Shown here one piece after another: positions 36,327 through 45,823 of a DNA stretch of 64,000 nucleotides (its first letter is position 1; the number at the start of each line of letters is the position of its first letter). The notes beneath the pieces were generated by a model. That model made no database searches and had not been told where the DNA came from. It saw only the letters and a list, made by a program, of their open reading frames with translations. Position numbers and translations under genes: made by a program. The stretch covers positions 5,028,745-5,092,744 of the forward strand of contig NC_068999.1 of the NCBI RefSeq assembly GCF_001194135.2. Direction: 5' to 3'. The stretch is from Octopus bimaculoides. Lineage: Eukaryota.

Positions 36327-37282
36327 TACTATTTATTTCTTTATGTATGGACGTCCTTAGTTGTCGGGTCTATAAAGTTCTCCTGATGTACAATCACTTC
36401 GTGAGAGTGTACATGCCGTCAATAAGCTTCGAATAGTTCCTAGTTGTTATTTTCTCTTTTAATCACCACATACTGAAGGATTATTAATTTTTTTTTCTAA
36501 CAGATTTTACAAAAGAGGTAAAAAAAAAAAATATTAATGCAGCACCAAGTGCTTCAATTGGTCGCACACCACAAGGTCCGATGGAATCTATTGAAGGAAG
36601 CCGCCGATGGCGAGGCTAAGGCATTGGGAAAACCAAGCGCCTTCATGGGCATCACCTGACACTTGGGTGAGGCAAACAGCCAATGATGACAAGAACTACA
36701 TGGTTGGTGGCCCAGTCCTTCCAAACATCTCAAATACCAGCGAGAAGCAGATAGCTCACTGCCAGATTTCACAGCTCATGAATCACTCCCTTCATCGTCA
36801 ATCTATGAACTTCTATCCCACCCTCGTATACATATCTAGTCCCATACACAAATGTAAATCGATGCTACAGGCAGGCAGACAGAATTCAGAAAATAAAAAC
36901 ACAAATTATGAATATAGTAGAAAGTGAATCATACATGAATGGGAGGCAGCCTTGTCCTAAATTTATCAAAAATAATAGCAACCTCTGAACAAATAATGCA
37001 CTTATACCCGATAGAGCTAGGTATGTGATTAAAGATTTAAATAAACTGTCAACACCTGAAGTGGCAGCTGTGGTGCAACAACATTATAAATTCAGTATGA
37101 TATACAAGAAAAACGAAAAGACAAAACGAAGAAGGAAACGTCGGTGGTTGGTCACTATACGACTGCTACAGTTAACAGCCGAAACTTTATGAAGTAACAC
37201 CCTTCTGTTTTCACAACAGAGAATATCTGAATATATATAGATAAATAAATAGAATGCCTTGCACACGCCTAGAAGGACTTTC

Positions 37283-37848
37283 GGATCTTTTTTAAAACGG
37301 GGGCCACATTTTCCATTAACGAAACACTTTGAAACTTGGAACACTGGTAGAATGTGTCATATAAAACATCTTTTTCTCTTAGTCTTCTTAAAAAAAAAAG
37401 AAATCCATAAATTATTCCATGTTAAAGTTGTCGTATTTCTGTAATTTCAACCAATCACTGACGTCCATTCAGCCGATATACATTAAGTGCCGACTACATA
37501 AACAAACGATTCTGAAACAATTAACCCTAACCCTAACCCTAGGGTTAGAGTTAGGGTTAGGGTTAGGCTTAGGGTTAAAGCAAATTTAAAATGAAAAAAG
37601 CAAATAAAACGAAGAATCGTTTGTTTATGTAGTCGGCACTTAATGTATATCGGCTGAGTGGACGTCAGTGATTGGTTGAAATTATCGAAATAAGACAATT
37701 TTTTACATGAAATAAATTCGAATACAAAAATATTTTTCTGTTCTATAACACAAAATAGATAAGTATACGAAGTTTGAAAGTCTTTCGGTACCAAAAACAC
37801 TACGTAAAACATTAATGAAAAATGTGGCCCCCGTTTTAAAAAAGATCC
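37283..37848. mobile_element. Non-autonomous DNA transposon (MITE, Merlin-like), 566 bp, with internal inverted repeat and telomeric-repeat core
   Basis: TIRs begin GGATCTTTTT(T)AAAACGGGG(G)CCACATTTT; perfect 8-bp TSD GGACTTTC at 37275-37282 and 37849-37856; inner inverted repeats ~37424-37512 and ~37613-37702. Confidence 0.85.
37521..37578. repeat. Head-to-head telomeric-type repeats (TAACCC)n / (GGGTTA)n inside the MITE
   Basis: TTAACCCTAACCCTAACCCTAGGGTTAGAGTTAGGGTTAGGGTTAGGCTTAGGGTTAA. Confidence 0.9.
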
Positions 37849-39213
37849 GGACTTTCTAATCAAGTCCGTTTGAACACGACTTTGAAAATATAAACAGTTG
37901 GCATGTGCGTGAGAGAGAGAGAAAGAGATAACTGAAATAAACATACAAGCAAAAACAAAAAAAAACATACCTTCTCTCTCTCTGTCTCAGTGTGTGTGTG
38001 TCACTAAATCCATTCACACACACACGCACCCATGTTGTTATGTGTGAATGGATTCAATGACACATACTTTACGTACACCTATTGCATACATTTTTTGTAC
38101 GTATACATGTGCATGTGTGTGTAAGGGAGGGAGAGAGAGAGAGAGAGAGAAGGTATGTTTTTTTTTTGTTATTGCTTGTTGTTTGCATGCATGTTTATTT
38201 CAATTACCTCTCTCTCTCTCACACACATACACACACCAGCAACATTACACACGCACACATGCCAACTCCAAAAGAAATCGCGCTCTCTCTATCTCTTTGG
38301 CTTTTCCGACGTCATTNNNNNNNNNNNNNNNNNNNNNNNNNNNNNNNNNNNNNNNNNNNNNNNNNNNNNNNNNNNNNNNNNNNNNNNNNNNNNNNNNNNN
38401 NNNNNNNNNNNNNNNNNNNNNNNNNNNNNNNNNNNNNNNNNNNNNNNNNNNNNNNNNNNNNNNNNNNNNNNNNNNNNNNNNNNNNNNNNNNNNNNNNNNN
38501 NNNNNNNNNNNNNNNNNNNNNNNNNNNNNNNNNNNNNNNNNNNNNNNNNNNNNNNNNNNNNNNNNNNNNNNNNNNNNNNNNNNNNNNNNNNNNNNNNNNN
38601 NNNNNNNNNNNNNNNNNNNNNNNNNNNNNNNNNNNNNNNNNNNNNNNNNNNNNNNNNNNNNNNNNNNNNNNNNNNNNNNNNNNNNNNNNNNNNNNNNNNN
38701 NNNNNNNNNNNNNNNNNNNNNNNNNNNNNNNNNNNNNNNNNNNNNNNNNNNNNNNNNNNNNNNNNNNNNNNNNNNNNNNNNNNNNNNNNNNNNNNNNNNN
38801 NNNNNNNNNNNNNNNNNNNNNNNNNNNNNNNNNNNNNNNNNNNNNNNNNNNNNNNNNNNNNNNNNNNNNNNNNNNNNNNNNNNNNNNNNNNNNNNNNNNN
38901 NNNNNNNNNNNNNNNNNNNNNNNNNNNNNNNNNNNNNNNNNNNNNNNNNNNNNNNNNNNNNNNNNNNNNNNNNNNNNNNNNNNNNNNNNNNNNNNNNNNN
39001 NNNNNNNNNNNNNNNNNNCAGACAGATACTTCACTAGCAGTGAGCACTTTCACTTCTGACAGCTAATAGCATGATAGTGCCAAAAATTGTATAGGCCTGT
39101 GTATTTTTGTGTTTGAGTCCATCGCTCCCCCCCCCCCCTTAGAAATACATAACAAAACACATTACAAACCTTTTAAGGACAATAATATTTAATGAAAGAA
39201 ATCAACATAATTG

Positions 39214-40077
39214 TCATTTACATGTCGCGATACATTGCAACATTTTTTGGTATAAATCGCAATTTCGATGTCTGAGACGCCACATCACTTCACAGACGTA
39301 CGACCCTACCATGGTACGATGTGTGCCGCGGCGACGCTTATTGGATGATTTAAGGCAGTTTGGTATGGGGGTCCCATCTTTAGCGAGGATTAACTCAGAT
39401 TTAGGCTTCGTTGCTTTGTGTCGAAAGTTATAATCTGGCATTTCAGGCATGTGCGAATAGGTTTGCCATAAGTCACTATACACAGTGGTTCCTGGTACAA
39501 TACATTCCCGAATGCATTGCTCCAGCGTACCATTGTCTCGATTTGACACGGCATAGAGGAACACCTGCTGAGATTCTGGGCACGTACCGCTGAAAACCCA
39601 CCGCTCCATTGGCTCTTCTAGTTTAAAGAATTTACGTCTTCTATACATTATTTCTTCCAGTTGCACCGTCATCTCGGGACCACCAATCTGCATTGGGTTC
39701 TGAAGGAGGTCCTCTGCACACACTTCCCTCAAGAAGTATTTGTAATCAACCATACAACCGGAACTTATTCCCAACTCCTCCCCACAAAAACGAGTACATA
39801 TCATTTCCTTCGCCCAGGAATAAATGAAAACAGCTATGGTTGTTAGTGAAAGACTGGTACCTTCAAGCCAGGTTCCTTTCCGCACAGACACACTTAATCT
39901 ACAATTTCTTTTGTTACAACGCCAACAGACGGCTCCACGAACAGTCAACTTCATCTGATGTCCGTTTTTACATCTTTTAGTCGCCGGTATTATTCCCTTC
40001 TCTTGGAAATACCTAGCTCCATCCAGTACTGTCTTTAATTTCTCCCACAAACCTTTTAGATTTTCCACACTACTCAT
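39214..40077 (-). CDS. Merlin/ISXO2(IS1595)-type transposase-derived protein, intact single-exon ORF of 287 aa, apparently catalytically dead
   Basis: N-terminal C..H/C..C zinc finger, SVRKGTWLE, IGGPEMTVQLEE (canonical IGGP..VEIDES), RWVFSG, RD..TL...I...I.PGTT.YSD.W..Y, RRRGTHR.M..SY.CE.MWR. Confidence 0.85.
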   Translation of the reverse strand: MSSVENLKGLWEKLKTVLDGARYFQEKGIIPATKRCKNGHQMKLTVRGAVCWRCNKRNCRLSVSVRKGTWLEGTSLSLTTIAVFIYSWAKEMICTRFCGEELGISSGCMVDYKYFLREVCAEDLLQNPMQIGGPEMTVQLEEIMYRRRKFFKLEEPMERWVFSGTCPESQQVFLYAVSNRDNGTLEQCIRECIVPGTTVYSDLWQTYSHMPEMPDYNFRHKATKPKSELILAKDGTPIPNCLKSSNKRRRGTHRTMVGSYVCEVMWRLRHRNCDLYQKMLQCIATCK

Positions 40078-40088
40078 ATTTTCGCTTA

Positions 40089-40101
40089 GTTGCTATGCAA
40101 C
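40089..40101. promoter_or_regulatory. X-box-like palindrome GTTGCTATGCAAC 12 nt upstream of the Merlin-derived ATG
   Basis: One mismatch to the 13-bp RFX consensus on the minus strand (GTTGCA-T-AGCAAC). Confidence 0.4.
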
Positions 40102-40838
40102 TTAGACGCATAACACACGTCTGGTGCTCAAACGTGTTTTTATTTCTGTAATGTCACGAAAGTATAAATCTGATTAGTTAAAATTACAAAAAAAGCAAAA
40201 CAACTTCTTGTTCAGTAATAATGTCTCACAAAAACGTTTGGATTATTCTTAATTAACATACAAAATCACATCTGTTTAAAAATGTTGCTAATTGTTCTGT
40301 TTACGATCGTAAAAAAAGGAACATAAGTAAATATACCTAAGTATTCCTTGATGCTAACTCAAACGTGGTAGTAGAATGCACATCACGAGGTAATTAAGTA
40401 GGCGACACCTGTTCAAATCAAACAGGGTTTAGTGTTAATTAATTTCTCCATAAACATCCAGTGTAGTTAGATTCGGTATTTAATACCTGCAAAGTGTAAA
40501 ATATCCAATTAGTTGCGTCGTTTAATTGTGAAGCGAGGTAGTAATCCCGAAGCAGTAAATATGATATCTTCTAATCAACAAAGTGTCCTGTCATCTGAAC
40601 AACAAACCAACAACTGATGGTCACATATCAATGACCCGTCCGGCAAATGACCTTTGCCTCTTAAAAAAAACCCCGCGCTTCGACGATGGGTGGAAATTGC
40701 CACACGTATCCCTTCGCGACCAGCAGTAGTTGGATGTTTGGGGCGTAGCACGACTGTGCTATACCGCCACAACAAAATAGTGCTAACATGTCTCACTACA
40801 CTTTAATGGTTTGAATACTAAAAACTATGTCTGTAAAC

Positions 40839-40944
40839 GGATCTTTTTTAAAACGGGGGCCACATTTTTCATTAATGTTTTACGTAGTGTTTTTGGTACC
40901 GAAAGACTTTCAAACTTCGTATACTTATCTATTTTGTGTTATAG
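40839..40944. mobile_element. End of a second copy of the same MITE, truncated by an assembly gap
   Basis: By eye identical to the reverse complement of ~37743-37848, starting at the GGATC terminus. Confidence 0.85.
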
Positions 40945-41913
40945 NNNNNNNNNNNNNNNNNNNNNNNNNNNNNNNNNNNNNNNNNNNNNNNNNNNNNNNN
41001 NNNNNNNNNNNNNNNNNNNNNNNNNNNNNNNNNNNNNNNNNNNNNNNNNNNNNNNNNNNNNNNNNNNNNNNNNNNNNNNNNNNNNNNNNNNNNNNNNNNN
41101 NNNNNNNNNNNNNNNNNNNNNNNNNNNNNNNNNNNNNNNNNNNNNNNNNNNNNNNNNNNNNNNNNNNNNNNNNNNNNNNNNNNNNNNNNNNNNNNNNNNN
41201 NNNNNNNNNNNNNNNNNNNNNNNNNNNNNNNNNNNNNNNNNNNNNNNNNNNNNNNNNNNNNNNNNNNNNNNNNNNNNNNNNNNNNNNNNNNNNNNNNNNN
41301 NNNNNNNNNNNNNNNNNNNNNNNNNNNNNNNNNNNNNNNNNNNNNNNNNNNNNNNNNNNNNNNNNNNNNNNNNNNNNNNNNNNNNNNNNNNNNNNNNNNN
41401 NNNNNNNNNNNNNNNNNNNNNNNNNNNNNNNNNNNNNNNNNNNNNNNNNNNNNNNNNNNNNNNNNNNNNNNNNNNNNNNNNNNNNNNNNNNNNNNNNNNN
41501 NNNNNNNNNNNNNNNNNNNNNNNNNNNNNNNNNNNNNNNNNNNNNNNNNNNNNNNNNNNNNNNNNNNNNNNNNNNNNNNNNNNNNNNNNNNNNNNNNNNN
41601 NNNNNNNNNNNNNNNNNNNNNNNNNNNNNNNNNNNNNNNNNNNNNNNNNNNNNNNNNNNNNNNNNNNNNNNNNNNNNNNNNNNNNNNNNNNNNNNNNNNN
41701 NNNNNNNNNNNNNNNNNNNNNNNNNNNNNNNNNNNNNNNNNNNNNNNNNNNNNNNNNNNNNNNNNNNNNNNNNNNNNNNNNNNNNNNNNNNNNNNNNNNN
41801 NNNNNNNNNNNNNNNNNNNNNNNNNNNNNNNNNNNNNNNNNNNNNNNNNNNNNNNNNNNNNNNNNNNNNNNNNNNNNNNNNNNNNNNNNNNNNNNNNNNN
41901 NNNNNNNNNNNNN

Positions 41914-42190
41914 TAAAGCGTCCCCTTTACCTTTGTAGCAGTTGACTATGATGCTGCTACACCAGTCATAGGGTATGACTCCTTCGTGTATCACCTGGTT
42001 CGTAATACGGGTGACTAGGCTATAGCCAACACTGCCAGATATTTTGAGCATCTCTGCAGTGATTCCTGATGGGCCGGGGGCTTTCCCGGTCTTCATACTC
42101 TTAATTGCTTTATCTACCCTGGTACTATCAACTCGGATAGCTGGTCCCTCTATTGGGTCGACATAAGGCAGGCTCTCTTTCTCCCATTCA
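41914..42190 (-). mobile_element. RTE-clade LINE reverse transcriptase N-terminal fragment
   Basis: VDKAIKSMKTGKAPGPSGITAEMLK...IPYDWCSSIIVNCYKGKGDAL; runs into an N gap. Confidence 0.88.
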
Positions 42191-42772
42191 TTCTCTTTAT
42201 TCTCTTTATATAATGTGTATACATATATATTGTTTTCAAAACCTTGTTTATTTGAGGCATTAAAAAAACCCAGATTGTGCGATATTTTACAAGGTACCAT
42301 AAACCAAAATGGTTGGTAAAAACCCCAGATCAAAGAATAAAAATCAGCATTCACTGTCCTGATAAATAAATAACATAGATACACATGATACATACATACA
42401 TGCGTATGTCCATACATGTATACATACATACATACATACATACATACATACATACATACATACATGCGTATGTCCATACACGTATACATACAAACATTAT
42501 ATATAATACAAAATTATTATTTATCATATGCGTTATAAGTATGTCAATATATATTTTTTTTATATAAAGCATTTAAAAGAACTTCTTTTCTCATGGAGCA
42601 TTAGTTTCCAGATGTCTGCAGGACCATATCTGATTAAAACTTCAGCAGTTGCTTGAATTTATCACCCATTCTTCAAGTAATAAATATTGTGAGAATAGAG
42701 ATTACAGGAAGCGAAGCAAGACTTCCATTCATTTTCTTTCTCTTTCTTTCTAAGCAGTTGTTTCTTTGTATC

Positions 42773-42912
42773 TCATGGTAGTTTCTCCTTCCTGTTGACC
42801 CAGTTGTAGTAAACTATTTGTACCATTATGACAATATTTAGCAGAATGCTGCAGAGAAAGTTCATGGATACTACATGGTCTCCAGTTTCGTACAATGATG
42901 TTAAAAGACGAG
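42773..42912 (-). CDS. SLC66A3: SLC66A3 exon 6, terminal (RLLTSLYETGDHVVSMNFLCSILLNIVIMVQIVYYNWVNRKEKLP*)
   Basis: Hydrophobic terminal helix, TGA stop. Confidence 0.88.
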
Positions 42913-45780
42913 CTATGAAAACAAAAAAGGAAAAAAAAAAATGTTAATAATATTAAAAATAACAATGGTTTCAAATAACAATATGCAATAATAATAATAA
43001 TAATAATAATCATATGCAATAATAATAATGATTACAAACTTTGCCACAAGGGTGGCAATTTTGGGGGAGGGGATGAGTAAACACAGACAAAATTCCGCTA
43101 AGCATTTTGCCTGGTGTGTTAACACCTTAATGATAATAATAATTCTTTCTACTAAAGGCACAAGGCCAGAAATTTTGAGTGGTGGGGGTAAGTCGATTAT
43201 ATTGACCCAGTACTCAACTGGTACTTATTTTATCAACTCTGAAGGGATGAAAAGCTAAGTTTGTCCAGCATGGTAACAATTCTGCCAACCCACCACATTA
43301 ATAATAACAATTATTATTATTATTATTATTATTATTATTTCAAATTTTCTTCCACAAGGGCAGCTCGTGGGGATGAGTCAATTACATCGACCCTAGTATT
43401 CAGCTGGTACTTATTTTATCAACCCCTGAAAGGATGAAAGGCAAAGTTGACCTCGGTGGAATTTGATGATGATGATGATGATGGATTAGAATCTAAGAAA
43501 ACAACTTTTTTTTTTTAGAAAAAAATGTTAAATGCCATGGAGTAAATTTACCTGTTGAACAAACCGTCGTTGCAAGCCAAGTGGTGAAGCTTAACTGACC
43601 AACATCTTTGGACTGGTGCAAGGAATAGATCTGAAGCGATTTACTGAAGAAAGATATGGGTGTGGCCAATATCTGTTTGAAGTAGACAGGTAGGTAGACA
43701 CATTTGTATTGAGATAGTATTACTGGTGGTTGCAATGGTGGTCATGGAAAGATGGTATGGTGGAGCAGGGCATGAGGCAGGCAGTAGATATAGGGGATGT
43801 GATGTAGTGATGGCAATAAAGAGGGATCATGACACAGCCGAGGGCCAGTGCTGTGCGGGTCAATCGAGTGATTAAAGCCTTCCTTCAAAATTCCATGTCA
43901 TTTATGTTCAAAACATCAACTTAATAATGATGTTATTTTACAAAATTCTTCATTATTTTTCAAAATCATCTGAAACAAAAGCAGTGGCTGTGTGGTAAGA
44001 AGCTCACTTACCAACCACATGGTTCTGGGTTCAGTCCCACTGCGTGTCACCTTGGGCAAGTATCTTCTACTATAGCCTAGGGCCAACCAAAGCCTTGTGA
44101 GTGGATTTGGTAGATGGAAACTGAAAGAAGCCCATCATATATATATTATGCATGTATTTGTGTGTCTGTGTTTGTTCCCCCACCATTGCTTGACAACTGA
44201 TGTTGGTGTGTTTATGTCCCTGTAACTTAGCAGTTTGGCAAAAGAGACCGATAAAATAAGTACTAGGCTTACAAAGAATAGGACCTGGGTCGATTTCTTT
44301 GATTAAAGGCGATGCTCCAGCATGGCCGCAGTCAGTTGACTGAAACAAGGAAAAGAGTAACAAAAAGTGTAAATAAAAAATAAAGGAGATTGAAAATGAG
44401 TGAGACAGAGAGAGACAGACCGGGATCAAGGACGAAGATACAATACTTACAATTGCGATTTTTAATACAGCATTTGATATAACTCCAGAAGCTAAGAAAA
44501 TGCAGCTAAAGAAATAGCTACAAGTATGGTTAAGGAACATAAATTTATTCAGTAATAAATTAAGATGTTATCAATAAATGCTACATGCAGTGGGAGTAGA
44601 GAAGGCAGATGGAGTGGATAGCATAGGGGACAACCATCCAGAACGTCTGCAGAAAAACAGGGACATAGAAGGAACCATCTGTGAAATTAGAGATTTTACA
44701 GATGTTTTTTATTTCTTTATTGCCCACAAGGAGCTACACACAGAGGGGACAAACAAGGACAGACAAAGGGATTAAGTCGATTACATCGACACCAGTGCAT
44801 AACTGGTACTTATTTTATCGACCCCGAAAGGATGAAAGGCAAAGTCGGCCATGGCAGAATCTGAACTCAGAATGTGGCGGAAGACGAAATACTGCTAAGC
44901 ATTTCGCCCGGCGTGCTAACGATTCTGCCAGCTCGCCGCCTTTTGGTCCCTGACCTAGTGGTTACGGGTTCAGTCCCACTATACAGCATCTTTTACTGTA
45001 GCTCTGGACTGTGTGTGTGTACGTCCTTGACATCACATGACGTTTGATGATAACTGCAAGCAAACAACACCGTCATCATAAATGGTGTCATTCATTTCCT
45101 GTTTTCCATGAAAAACATATCTGACCATGGGGCAATATTACCTTGCTGAGAAACAGTTTAGGGTTGGTGTCAGCAAAAGGACTCTAGCTGTAGAAAATAA
45201 AATCTTCCTCAACAAAATCTGTCTGATTCATGCAAGCATGGAAAAGTGGTGATGGCAATGATGATGATGGTCGTGGTGATGTTGGTGTTGGTGGTGGTCA
45301 TGATGATGGTGATGATGATGAGGAGGTCAAAGTATGAGCTTAAAAGGATACACCATGAATCCAGTTACAACTCTCATGTCGAATCTATCATTGTAGTAGA
45401 GCAAAATACACAGAAGAATTAAATCTGTAACAAAACAAAAAATACAATTGTATTTGAATTATAGCCTGTTGAAAGGTACAATCAAACAAAAATAACCTAT
45501 ATATATATATATATNNNNNNNNNNNNNNNNNNNNNNNNNNNNNNNNNNNNNNNNNNNNNNNNNNNNNNNNNNNNNNNNNNNNNNNNNNNNNNNNNNNNNN
45601 NNNNNNNNNNNNNNNNNNNNNNNNNNNNNNNNNNNNNNNNNNNNNNNNNNNNNNNNNNNNNNNNNNNNNNNNNNNNNNNNNNNNNNNNNNNNNNNNNNNN
45701 NNNNNNNNNNNNNNNNNNNNNNNNNNNNNNNNNNNNNNNNNNNNNNNNNNNNNNNNNNNNNNNNNNNNNNNNNNNNNNNN

Positions 45781-45823
<43 letters not shown>

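Noticed and set aside
37521-37578. Relic telomere-telomere chromosome fusion site
   Set aside because: The head-to-head TTAGGG array is only ~60 bp and is the centre of a TIR element with a perfect TSD, so it arrived by transposition.
39214-40077. Bacterial IS1595 contamination or recent bacterial gene transfer
   Set aside because: Motifs (SVRKGTW, IGGP..V, PGTT..SD.W, SY.CE.MWR) are of the eukaryotic Merlin type and the contig context is host DNA; a phylogeny would confirm.
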